Origin: Parasynechococcus marenigrum WH 8102
Lineage (GTDB): Bacteria > Cyanobacteriota > Cyanobacteriia > PCC-6307 > Cyanobiaceae
DNA length: 32,000 nt
Assembly (NCBI RefSeq): GCF_000195975.1
Contig: NC_005070.1
Coordinates: 630,001 to 662,000, forward strand
Direction of reading: 5' to 3'
The notes beneath the pieces were generated by a model. The model was not told the DNA's origin, made no database searches, and was given only the letters and a program-made list of their open reading frames with translations. A program made the position numbers and the translations under genes. Below are positions 1-8,213 of this stretch, in pieces; within the stretch, counting starts at the first letter, position 1; each line of letters starts with the position of its first letter.

Positions 1-3000
1 GGGCTATTGGGAATCTACTTCTTTAGTCACTTCTTCTGATCAATTTTTGTTGTCTCAACATAGCCATTGGTCGCAACTTTACCACTGGTCTTTTGGTTGG
101 TGGAAATCAGCGGCGGCTCTAGACTGGATTGATTCTTATTGGCACGATTTGCAAAATGCTTACAATACGAATGAACACTTTGTCTTGAAAGATCCTCGCC
201 TTTGTATTCTGTTCGAGGGCATGATTCCATGTCTAGTTGAGTCTCTAGTGCAGTTAGATTTTTTGTTGATATTACGTTCTCCTGTTGAGGTTGTTATTTC
301 TTTGTGCAAGGCAGAAAAAATCTCTCCATACGACGCTCTTAATTTGTGGATTGGCTCAGTATTTCGCGCAGAATGTATGTCACGTCCGTATTCTCGCAAT
401 ATTCTCACGTACTACCAGCTCCTTAATAGTCCACAAGCTATTGTGGATTCATTGGGCCTGAGCTGGAATCCAAGCCTTATGGAATCAAGGCTTGATCAAG
501 CAACATCTTTTTTAAGACCCTCATTGTACCGAACCAAGGTTGATAACGTAAGGGAATCGTTTGTGGCTACAAATCCTGAGTTGACTAGTCTTCTTGTTTT
601 GGCTGAACAGATTTTTGATTGTTTTCAATATCCAACCCCAGATATTGCTCTTACATCAGAGAAATTAAAGTACCAGTGGCTCGAAATCTTGGCAGATCGT
701 TAGCAAACGCTTCTGTAAATAACTTTGCAGCCTACTGTCGCAGATAGTAATCTTTCATCCTCCTGAAATTGGACCTCAGTTCAATTCCTTGCTTGACGCT
801 TTCTGGTGAAGTGTTAATACTAAAGTCTTCATGAATCTTTGTTAGATTTGGATTGTAAAATAAATCACTTGGTAGCTCCCCATTGCTTTGAATGTCGTAT
901 TGATTTAGCATGAAGTTTATCTCTCTCTTGAAACGTTCTTTCTTTTCGGGAGAATCTTCAGTTCCGCGGGATATTGATTCGTGGTGAAACAGCTCAGCAT
1001 ACGGGGTGAAAATATTTCGATATCCTCTTGCGTGAACCCTCATGCAAAAGTCGACATCGTTAAATGCGATTGTGAGGTCTTGTTCATTGAGGCCGCCTAC
1101 CTCGTTGAAAATTTCTCTGCGAATTGCGAGACATGCTGCAGTTACTGCTGTCATCTGTTGAACATATTGAAGTCTGTCGACATAACCCGGACTATCTCCC
1201 GGAAAGTACTTATGGGCATGACCGGCGACTTGGCCAATTCCAATAACTACACCTCCATGCTGAATAGTCCTATTTGAATAGTATAACTTTGCACCGACAC
1301 ATCCAACATCTGGCCTTGAAGTGTGGGAAACAATTTCTTGGAGCCATTTGCTAGAGATGACCTCGACATCATTGTTTACCAGGACAACAATATCTGCTGT
1401 TGATTTTCTGACTGCATAATTATTGATGGCCGAGTAGTTGAACTTCTTGTTGTATTTTATGATGTTTATTTTTTCGCCGTGCACCCTCTTCAGATTCTTG
1501 AATAGATTCTTTGTGGCGACTTCTTCGCTCTGATTGTCAACTACGGTGATTGTATAGTTCGTGTAGGTCGTCTTGGTAATGATTGAATCCACTGCGAGAT
1601 TTAATACCTCTGCTTGATCTCGAGTGGGGATAATGAGCTCAACAGAGGGTGACTTATCTGGTATGTGCCACTGGCAGGTGAATCGGTTCTTGGCCTTGAT
1701 TCGGGCTGTCGCCCTTACGCCTCCACGTCGATGCTGCTCGTCCAGGAAATGCTGGACTGCCTTATGACCGCTTTCAGTTGTGTAATCCTTGCTGTCTGGG
1801 TTGCTGGCGGTTGATTCGGAATGTGCTCGCCAGTGGTACAAGACTCTAGGGATGTGAATAATTTGGTCCGGGGAAGATTCCAGGACAGTCCTGAGTGCAA
1901 GATCGTGATCTTGGCTTCCCTCGAAGCCAACTCGGAAGCCACCAATTTGTTTGAGGATCTCCCTTCTGTAAACACCCAAGTGTGAGATGAAATTGTAAGA
2001 CAATAAAAGATCGATGTTGAAAGCTGGCTTGAAGTGTGGGCATGCACGCATTCCATCGTCGTTGATCTTGTCTTCGTCGCTATAAATTAAATTTGCTTGA
2101 GGTTTTTTCTGCAACTCACGTGCAACCCAGTAAAGAGCATTGTCTGCAAGGATGTCGTCGTGATCTAGTAATGCTACGTATTCTCCTGTCGCCATGCGAA
2201 GTGCGTCATTGCTGGCTTCACATATGTGGCCATTCTTTTCGCGAAAGATAAGTTTTACTCTAGGGTCTGACGATTGATAGCTCCTGAGGATTGTCTTGAC
2301 GCTCACCGCGCTGGAGCTGTCATCGCAGATGCAGAGTTCCCAGTTGGGATAGCTTTGACGGCAGACACTTTCAATGCATTCGCGAAGGTGATTACTGTTG
2401 GTATTGTAGGTAGGAATAATAATGCTGATAAGCGGGGCGTCTTGATTTAGCTCAAGCCATTCCCTGATTTGCTCTTCATTGTGGTCGAGTTCTGGTTCAA
2501 TCTCTTTTATATAGTTCTCATATCTTTCGTCTGTCTCTTGTTTGGTTGGTTTGTCGGAAGGTGTTTTTGGCCAGTTTTGATGCCTGATCTGCGCCAATCG
2601 ATAAATCTGTTCTGTTCGCCAGGTAATTTCTTGCGTTATTGAGTGCGTCTCATGCGCGTCTGCGTTGTCGTTTTCCTTCGGTTTTCTTGTCGTCCATTGT
2701 CTTAAAACATTTACAATCGTATCTGCGGTTGTAGGTAATACTGAAAAGGTCGCATTGATTGGTCCTTGCCCGCTGATTGGTCTGATCTTGACTCTGCTCC
2801 TTTGCAGGATGACGATTGGAAGCGCAAGGCACTGCTGTGATCTTGTGCTTTGGATGGGCACGGTGAATGTTCTTGCCAGCGATTTGTTGGGTCCAACGGG
2901 CTCTATGGAGACGGAGCAAAGCGTTGGGAGCCCTACCGCGTTGATTGATAATCGAAGCAGGTAATATCCTTTGGCTATCCCTTTGCGTGTTTCGAAGTAA

Positions 3001-3109
3001 CAGTCTGCGTGTTCGACGTGATATTCTCCGTTGCCAATTAATCGTATGTTGCTTCTAACCCAATCCTGTCGAAGGGAAATGTTTCCTTGGCTTTCTGGTA
3101 GTTGTTCCA
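1..3109. other. Low-GC compositional segment, likely the edge of a horizontally acquired or hypervariable surface-glycan island; extends off the left edge
   Basis: Hand counts of G+C on sampled 60-nt lines: 1-60 = 22/60, 1441-1500 = 21/60, 3061-3120 = 25/60, versus 3121-3180 = 31/60 and 5041-5100 = 36/60. The switch coincides with the rfbB stop codon (3110-3112). Confidence 0.7.
2..703 (+). CDS. Sulfotransferase-like protein, 5'-truncated by the window edge (C-terminal ~230 aa)
   Basis: The frame is open from base 2 (GYWESTSLVTSSDQF... precedes the listed TTG at 47), with stop TAG at 701-703. 'FVLKDPRLCILFEGMIP' and 'LLILRSPVEVVISL' resemble the KDPR and RxPxEVxxS (3'-phosphate-binding) motifs of bacterial Stf0-type sulfotransferases. 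Low GC, like the neighbouring GT2. The family call is from memory of motifs only. Confidence 0.45.
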   Translation, partial: GYWESTSLVTSSDQFLLSQHSHWSQLYHWSFGWWKSAAALDWIDSYWHDLQNAYNTNEHFVLKDPRLCILFEGMIPCLVESLVQLDFLLILRSPVEVVISLCKAEKISPYDALNLWIGSVFRAECMSRPYSRNILTYYQLLNSPQAIVDSLGLSWNPSLMESRLDQATSFLRPSLYRTKVDNVRESFVATNPELTSLLVLAEQIFDCFQYPTPDIALTSEKLKYQWLEILADR

Positions 3110-3146
3110 CTACAGTTTTTTGTCGCCGTAGTGTGCGATGTACCAC
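732..3146 (-). CDS. Two-domain family-2 glycosyltransferase (tandem GT-A domains) with an unassigned ~230-aa N-terminal region
   Basis: 804-aa ORF. Domain 1: 'LISIIIPTYNTNSNHL..CICDDSS..LLDHDD..YSDED'. Domain 2: 'VELIIPTRDQAEVL..VVDNQS..LVNNDVEV..FNDVDFC'. The longest ORF starts at GTG 3146, inside rfbB. An in-frame GTG at 3110 overlaps the rfbB TAG by 1 nt (TAGTG) and is the more likely start. Confidence 0.85.
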   Translation of the reverse strand: MVHRTLRRQKTVVEQLPESQGNISLRQDWVRSNIRLIGNGEYHVEHADCYFETRKGIAKGYYLLRLSINAVGLPTLCSVSIEPVGPNKSLARTFTVPIQSTRSQQCLALPIVILQRSRVKIRPISGQGPINATFSVLPTTADTIVNVLRQWTTRKPKENDNADAHETHSITQEITWRTEQIYRLAQIRHQNWPKTPSDKPTKQETDERYENYIKEIEPELDHNEEQIREWLELNQDAPLISIIIPTYNTNSNHLRECIESVCRQSYPNWELCICDDSSSAVSVKTILRSYQSSDPRVKLIFREKNGHICEASNDALRMATGEYVALLDHDDILADNALYWVARELQKKPQANLIYSDEDKINDDGMRACPHFKPAFNIDLLLSYNFISHLGVYRREILKQIGGFRVGFEGSQDHDLALRTVLESSPDQIIHIPRVLYHWRAHSESTASNPDSKDYTTESGHKAVQHFLDEQHRRGGVRATARIKAKNRFTCQWHIPDKSPSVELIIPTRDQAEVLNLAVDSIITKTTYTNYTITVVDNQSEEVATKNLFKNLKRVHGEKINIIKYNKKFNYSAINNYAVRKSTADIVVLVNNDVEVISSKWLQEIVSHTSRPDVGCVGAKLYYSNRTIQHGGVVIGIGQVAGHAHKYFPGDSPGYVDRLQYVQQMTAVTAACLAIRREIFNEVGGLNEQDLTIAFNDVDFCMRVHARGYRNIFTPYAELFHHESISRGTEDSPEKKERFKREINFMLNQYDIQSNGELPSDLFYNPNLTKIHEDFSINTSPESVKQGIELRSNFRRMKDYYLRQ

Positions 3147-4177
3147 TGCACGGTCTTTGCGATGGCTTCATCGAAATCATGCCTTGGTTTCCACCCCAGC
3201 TCGGTCTCAATCCGAGTCGGATCAATGGCATACCGACGGTCGTGGCCGGGACGATCCGTCACTCGTGTGATCAACCTCGCATGGGGTGCTCCGTCCGGTT
3301 TTAGCTGATCCAAGTGGCTGCAGATGCACTCCACCACCTCACGATTGGTTCGTTCTCCATATCCACCGACACAGTAACTGCGGCCTGATGCTCCTTTGCA
3401 TGCGGCGAGCAGCAGGGCATCGACGTGGTCTTCCACATACAACCAGTCTCTGACGTTCAATCCATCGCCATACAAGGGGATTGGCTCTCTGGCAGCAGCT
3501 TTCAACGTCACGACAGGAATCAACTTTTCGGGAAATTGCCAAGGTCCGTAATTGTTGGAGCAATTCGTCAACACCACTGGCAATCCATAGGTGTGGTGCC
3601 AGGCGCTCACTAGATGGTCACTGGCCGCCTTGCTGCTGGAATATGGACTTCGCGGGTCGTAAGGCGTCGTCTCTGAAAAACGACCCTCTGCGCCCAGGGA
3701 GCCGAAGACTTCATCGGTGCTGATGTGATGCAGGCGGAAGTTCTCTTGGCGTTCTCCGCTCAAGCCCTCGACATGCTCCCGTACAGCCTGCAGCAGATTG
3801 TAGGTCCCTGTCACGTTGCTCTCGATGAACACACCAGGGCCTGCAATTGAGCGGTCCACATGACTTTCGGCCGCCAGGTGCATCACCAGGTCGGGATCCG
3901 CCGCCTTCACCGCCTCACGAACAGCCTTTGCATCCGCAAGGTCCACCCGTTGCAGTTGATGGCGCTGCTTTGCTCCATCTCCGAGCTCGCTCAGCACCGC
4001 CTCAATCGAGGTCAGATCGCTGGCGTAGCCCATCTTGTCGAGGTTGAACACGATCGCCTCGCTCTCCTTGAGCAGGCGCCGCACCACGGCCCCACCGATA
4101 AATCCAGCACCTCCTGTCACCAGTACCCGCCGTCGGGATCCCAGCAGCTCTGCAGCAGTCGGCATTGAATTGGTCAT
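3110..4177 (-). CDS. rfbB: dTDP-glucose 4,6-dehydratase
   Basis: 'RVLVTGGAGFIGGAVVRRLL', 'HLAAESHVDRS', 'YSSSKAASDHLV' (SDR Rossmann fold and YxxxK). Start taken at ATG 4177 (MTNSMPTAAE...), 5 nt after the rfbD stop. The ORF-track extension to 4276 would overlap rfbD by 94 nt. Confidence 0.93.
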   Translation of the reverse strand: MTNSMPTAAELLGSRRRVLVTGGAGFIGGAVVRRLLKESEAIVFNLDKMGYASDLTSIEAVLSELGDGAKQRHQLQRVDLADAKAVREAVKAADPDLVMHLAAESHVDRSIAGPGVFIESNVTGTYNLLQAVREHVEGLSGERQENFRLHHISTDEVFGSLGAEGRFSETTPYDPRSPYSSSKAASDHLVSAWHHTYGLPVVLTNCSNNYGPWQFPEKLIPVVTLKAAAREPIPLYGDGLNVRDWLYVEDHVDALLLAACKGASGRSYCVGGYGERTNREVVECICSHLDQLKPDGAPHARLITRVTDRPGHDRRYAIDPTRIETELGWKPRHDFDEAIAKTVQWYIAHYGDKKL

Positions 4178-4182
4178 CGGGA

Positions 4183-5091
4183 TCAAGGGTTCGTGGGGAT
4201 GGCCTGCAGCACATCCTTGAGGGCTGCCCGCCAGGGCTGGGCCTCCAGTTGCAGTACTTGTCGGCTGGCCTGGCAATCCAGCAACGAATAGCCGGGACGA
4301 GTGGCTGGGGTTGGATAGTCAGCTGTGCTGATCGGATTCACCGTGGCGGCGCGCTGCAGCAGGCCAAGGTCCATCGCCAGCTCGCCCACCGCGACGGACA
4401 CGTCGTACCAGCTGGCGGCACCGCCATCACACCAGTGCAGCACAGGGGGGAGTTCCACCTCATCGCGGCTGCTGGTGATCACCGCCCAGCACGCCGTCGC
4501 CAGGTTCAACGTGCTGCTCGGGCAGCCCACCTGATCGGCCACCACCCCCAATTGCTCTTTCTCACGATGCAGTCGCAGCATCGTGAGTGCAAAGTTTTTG
4601 CCCACCGGACCCATCACCCAGCTGGTGCGCAGCACCACACCTTGGCCACTGGTCCCAAGCAGCTCTTCCACCGCCTTCTCTCCGCTGGCCTTGCTGGCGC
4701 CGTAGACCCCCAGGGGATCTCGGCTTTGATCCACCCGGTAAGGGGAGCCCTGCTGACCGTTGAACACAAAGTCGGTGCTCAGCTGCAGCATTCGGCCGCC
4801 GTGCGCCTGGATCGCTTCTGCAAAAGCGCGCGGTGCGCCTCCATTCACGGCATGGGCCAGCTCCGGTTCCGCTTCTGCCTTGTCCACTGCGGTGTAAGCC
4901 CCGGCATTCAGCACCCAATCGGGGCGGTGCTCCTCCACCACCTGCCGGCATGCCGTTGCATCAGCCAGGTCGAGTGCCACCAAGCCATTGCCGCCGCTGC
5001 GGCTGCTCGCCACCAGTTCAATGCCATCAGGCATCCTTCCAATCAAGGCCTGCCCAAGCTGCCCCGCTGCACCGGTGAGCAACACCTTCAT
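4183..5091 (-). CDS. rfbD: dTDP-4-dehydrorhamnose reductase
   Basis: 'MKVLLTGAAGQLGQAL', 'YGASKASGEKAV', full-length RmlD-like. The ATG overlaps the rfbC TGA (ATGA at 5089-5093 on the minus strand). Confidence 0.93.
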   Translation of the reverse strand: MKVLLTGAAGQLGQALIGRMPDGIELVASSRSGGNGLVALDLADATACRQVVEEHRPDWVLNAGAYTAVDKAEAEPELAHAVNGGAPRAFAEAIQAHGGRMLQLSTDFVFNGQQGSPYRVDQSRDPLGVYGASKASGEKAVEELLGTSGQGVVLRTSWVMGPVGKNFALTMLRLHREKEQLGVVADQVGCPSSTLNLATACWAVITSSRDEVELPPVLHWCDGGAASWYDVSVAVGELAMDLGLLQRAATVNPISTADYPTPATRPGYSLLDCQASRQVLQLEAQPWRAALKDVLQAIPTNP

Positions 5092-5663
5092 CAGAAGACG
5101 TCTCCAGCTGCCTTGGCCTGATCCAGTGTTGGAGCCTCTGCATCTTTGCCCGAAAGGCTCACCTCAGCTCCGCCCAGCAGATCCAAAGGCCAACGGATAT
5201 TGATGCTCGCGTCGTCCCAGCGAATGGCGCGTTCACATGATTTGTTCCAGAACCCCCTGGCCTTGTATTGCACTTCAGCCACAGCGCTCAGGGTCAGAAA
5301 TCCATGGGCAAAGCCCTCAGGGACCCAGAGCTGCTGCTTGTTCTCTGCACTCAACTGGGCACCCACCCACTGCCCAAAGGTGGCTGAGCCCTGGCGGATG
5401 TCCACCGCCACATCAAATATCTTCCCGACGCTGGCACGCACCAGTTTGGCCTGCGGCTCCGGCTCGAGTTGGTAGTGCAACCCCCGCAGCACCCCCTGCA
5501 CGGAGCGGGAGTGGTTGTCCTGCGAGAACACCACCGCTTCTCCAACGGCCTCATCGAACCTGCGCTGATTCCAGCTTTCAAAAAACCAGCCCCGTTCGTC
5601 TCCGAAAGCCTGGGGGCTGATCAGCAATGGTCCTTCGATCGTTGCCCCCTGAGGGCTCTGCAT
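5091..5663 (-). CDS. rfbC: dTDP-4-dehydrorhamnose 3,5-epimerase
   Basis: 'FGDERGWFFESWN', 'SRSVQGVLRGLHYQ', 'GFAHGF' cupin motifs. Start chosen at ATG 5663 (MQSPQGATIEGPLLISPQ...), 4 nt after the rfbA stop. ATG 5678 is an alternative. The track ORF to 5804 overlaps rfbA and is unlikely. Confidence 0.9.
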   Translation of the reverse strand: MQSPQGATIEGPLLISPQAFGDERGWFFESWNQRRFDEAVGEAVVFSQDNHSRSVQGVLRGLHYQLEPEPQAKLVRASVGKIFDVAVDIRQGSATFGQWVGAQLSAENKQQLWVPEGFAHGFLTLSAVAEVQYKARGFWNKSCERAIRWDDASINIRWPLDLLGGAEVSLSGKDAEAPTLDQAKAAGDVF

Positions 5664-5667
5664 TTGC

Positions 5668-6609
5668 TCAACCTGCATGGGCCGGTACCTCCAAGCTGCT
5701 CTGCAACGCCGCGTGGTCGCTGATGCTTTCCTCCAGCAGCTGCAATAAGTAGGTGCCGTAGCCGCTTTTCTTGAGCGGCTGCGCCAGGGACTCAAGTTGC
5801 TCACCGCTGATCCAGCCTTGTCGCCAGGCCACCTCTTCCGGGCAGCCCACCTTCAGGCCCTGGCGGTGCTCCAGCGTGCGGATGTAGCCACCGGCATCGT
5901 TGAGGGAGTCGCAGGTGCCGGTATCCAGCCAGGCCATGCCCCGACCCATCAATTCCACCTTGAGCTTGCCGTCATCCAGATACATCTGGTTGAGATCGGT
6001 GATCTCCAGCTCACCGCGGGCTGAGGGCTTCACCTGCCGGGCCCGTTCCACCACCGTTGCGTCGTAGAAGTAAAGGCCGGTCACGGCGTAACGGCTCTTG
6101 GGTTGTTTGGGCTTTTCTTCAATGCTCAGCACACGTCCATCTGCGTCAAATTCCGCGACGCCGTAACGCTCCGGGTCGCTCACTGGGTAGGCAAACACCG
6201 TTGCACCTTCCGCTCGCCCGTCACTGCTCACCAGCTGTGGCACAAGGTCGTGACCGTGAAACAGGTTGTCTCCCAACACAAGAGCTGCGGGTGCCCCATC
6301 CAGGAAATCAGCGCCGATGAGGAAAGCCTGCGCCAACCCATCCGGGCTGGGCTGCACGGCGTATTGAATGGTCATGCCCCAGCGACTGCCATCGCCAAGC
6401 AACCGCTGAAAGGCCTCCTGATCATGGGGTGTGGTGATGATCAACATCTCACGGATCCCCGCCAGCATCAGGGTGCTGAGCGGGTAGTAGATCATCGGCT
6501 TGTCGTACACCGGCAGCAATTGTTTACTCACCGCCTGGGTGATCGGATGCAGCCGCGTGCCACTGCCCCCGGCCAGGATGATTCCCTTGCGGCGAGAGGG
6601 ATGAGACAC
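5668..6609 (-). CDS. rfbA: Glucose-1-phosphate thymidylyltransferase
   Basis: '[45 protein letters not shown]' is the canonical RmlA N-terminus. GTG start at 6609. Confidence 0.95.
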   Translation of the reverse strand: MSHPSRRKGIILAGGSGTRLHPITQAVSKQLLPVYDKPMIYYPLSTLMLAGIREMLIITTPHDQEAFQRLLGDGSRWGMTIQYAVQPSPDGLAQAFLIGADFLDGAPAALVLGDNLFHGHDLVPQLVSSDGRAEGATVFAYPVSDPERYGVAEFDADGRVLSIEEKPKQPKSRYAVTGLYFYDATVVERARQVKPSARGELEITDLNQMYLDDGKLKVELMGRGMAWLDTGTCDSLNDAGGYIRTLEHRQGLKVGCPEEVAWRQGWISGEQLESLAQPLKKSGYGTYLLQLLEESISDHAALQSSLEVPAHAG

Positions 6610-6666
6610 GGTTTCTCGAAAGTTGGCGATATTTCAGCACAGGAGAGGTGTGGGAGAAGGCAACGC

Positions 6667-7206
6667 TCAATTGCGCCAGTCGAGCCAGGGGAGGCCAGGG
6701 GCAATGGCCGGTGTTGTTGACCGGTACACCGCATATTCCGGATGCAGCTGAAGGAGAGATCGTTCCTCCCGGCGGGCTTTGCCCCCCAACACCGCCACGA
6801 GCCCCATTAGCAAGATCAAGTGCAGAAGACTGCCGATGGAGAGCGCCACGCCCAGCGAGCAGAGCAACACGGCCTGGTACATCGGGTGCCGGCAGCGTTG
6901 GTAGGGCCCCTGGAGGATCAAGCGGTTTCCCTGCTTGGCTTCAGGCAATGGAGACAGGCTGCTGCCGAGGGCTGTAAAGGCTTGCGCTGCTACACCAAAG
7001 CCGCTCAAAAGCAGCAGCACGCCGACGATGAAGACGGGCCGGGGCCACATGCCCAACCCCCAGTCGGCGGGGGCAGGCCAGGGCGGTAGCAGGTGTGCCG
7101 TGATCAATAGCAACTGGGCGAGTAGGAACCACTCGCCGCGGCGGTTATCGAGCCAGCCTCCCCAGCTCAGTCCCCAGCCAGAGAACATCCCGTTGCCCCT
7201 GATCAA
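6667..7206 (-). CDS. Membrane methyltransferase of the isoprenylcysteine carboxyl / phospholipid methyltransferase (ICMT/PEMT-like) family
   Basis: Multi-TM protein with 'LILQGPYQRCRHPMYQAVLL', matching the 'GPYxxxRHPxY' signature of this family. Confidence 0.7.
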   Translation of the reverse strand: MIRGNGMFSGWGLSWGGWLDNRRGEWFLLAQLLLITAHLLPPWPAPADWGLGMWPRPVFIVGVLLLLSGFGVAAQAFTALGSSLSPLPEAKQGNRLILQGPYQRCRHPMYQAVLLCSLGVALSIGSLLHLILLMGLVAVLGGKARREERSLLQLHPEYAVYRSTTPAIAPGLPWLDWRN

Positions 7207-7227
7207 TGCCCTGACGCTACGGCGTTG

Positions 7228-7602
7228 TTAAAGCTCGTCTCGAACCAGTTGTTGAGCTGTCTTGTCATCCAGTGAGCTCAGGTCGCAGCTGTCCGTCAGC
7301 TCCTGACCCAACAGATCAGCAGCCTTGCGGACCTGGGGGTTCTCCAGCACGGCAGCACTGATACCCATCTCTTGCAGGGCGATGGCAGTGGCTTGATTGG
7401 CCTGCTGTTGGGACAGCTGCTCCCTTCTCACCAGACACTCGCCATTGGCCAGCGACCCAGCGGCAAAGGCGCGGATGCTGCGGGCCAGTTCCAGCCGCGC
7501 CACCTTGCGGATGGTCTCCGGTGACATGGTCTCCGCTCGCACCATCGGTGCCCAAAGGGCCAGCCCACCGATCAGCAGTCCGATGGGCGTGATGCCAGCC
7601 AT
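7228..7602 (-). CDS. Hypothetical small secreted protein (signal peptide, helical, 2 Cys)
   Basis: 124 aa. N-terminus 'MAGITPIGLLIGGLALWAPMVRA/ET' looks like a Sec signal peptide. Tightly packed (3 nt after mtnD, 21 nt before the methyltransferase gene) and co-directional with both. No family recognised. Confidence 0.55.
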   Translation of the reverse strand: MAGITPIGLLIGGLALWAPMVRAETMSPETIRKVARLELARSIRAFAAGSLANGECLVRREQLSQQQANQATAIALQEMGISAAVLENPQVRKAADLLGQELTDSCDLSSLDDKTAQQLVRDEL

Positions 7603-7605
7603 GGT

Positions 7606-8166
7606 TCAGTCGAGCCGTGGAAAACGCTCAGCGATGGAGTCGCCCGTGAAGGTCGCGACCCAGCCTTCGCTGTTGTTGAAAAAGCGCAGGGCGCAGAACG
7701 ATGGGGTTGGTCCCATGTCGAACCAGTGGCGGGTCCCGGCCGGGACGCTGATCAGGTCGCCGCGTTCACACAGCGTCACCAGCACCTCCTTGTCGATGTG
7801 CAACGAGAACAGCCCCTGGCCCTCAACGAAAAAGCGCACCTCGTCTTCGGCGTGGGTGTGTTCCGACAGGAATTTGTTGCGCAGAGCCTCCCTCTCCGGG
7901 TGATCCGGCGTCATTCGGATGGCATCCACCGTTTGATAACCACCATCCCTCTGGACCCTGGCCACCTCTGAGGCGTAGGTCGTCAGGATCGTGCTCTGAT
8001 CGGCATCTGGGGGTAGGGCATGGGCAGCAGGCCACTGCTCAAAGCCGACACACCGGTCGGCCAGTTCAGCCTGGATCGAGGCTGGGTCGTTGCAGACCAG
8101 CTTCGGCAGTGGAAGGGCGCCATCACCGCCATCCCCGTGGTCTGGAAAGATGCTGAGACGACTCAT
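7606..8166 (-). CDS. mtnD: Acireductone dioxygenase (ARD, methionine-salvage cupin)
   Basis: 'FLSEHTHAEDEVRFFVEGQGLFSLH...GDLISVPAGTRHWFD' is the ARD cupin metal-binding pattern (HxH..E...H). Confidence 0.85.
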   Translation of the reverse strand: MSRLSIFPDHGDGGDGALPLPKLVCNDPASIQAELADRCVGFEQWPAAHALPPDADQSTILTTYASEVARVQRDGGYQTVDAIRMTPDHPEREALRNKFLSEHTHAEDEVRFFVEGQGLFSLHIDKEVLVTLCERGDLISVPAGTRHWFDMGPTPSFCALRFFNNSEGWVATFTGDSIAERFPRLD

Positions 8167-8213
8167 CGCCGGGCTCCCGGAGGACCGTTCCGCTGTCCAT
8201 CATCAACCCGACC

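Noticed and set aside
704-731. Possible terminator between the convergent sulfotransferase-like and GT2 genes (GCAAA...TTTGC)
   Set aside because: Only a 5-bp AT-rich stem with a ~15-nt loop and no clear U-tract. Too weak to call.
4178-4276. N-terminal extension of rfbB in the ORF track (MPGQPTSTATGG...)
   Set aside because: It would overlap the 3' end of rfbD by 94 nt and add a non-conserved Pro/Gly/Ala tail before the Rossmann fold. ATG 4177 fits operon packing.
4165-5121. 318-aa plus-strand ORF
   Set aside because: It is antisense to rfbD, which has clear SDR motifs. No motifs of its own; a high-GC artefact.
8169-8180. CCGGGCTCCCGG quasi-palindrome in the 47-nt mtnD/cobI divergent gap
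   Set aside because: The arms are only 5 bp with a non-symmetric centre. In a ~60% GC genome this is expected by chance.
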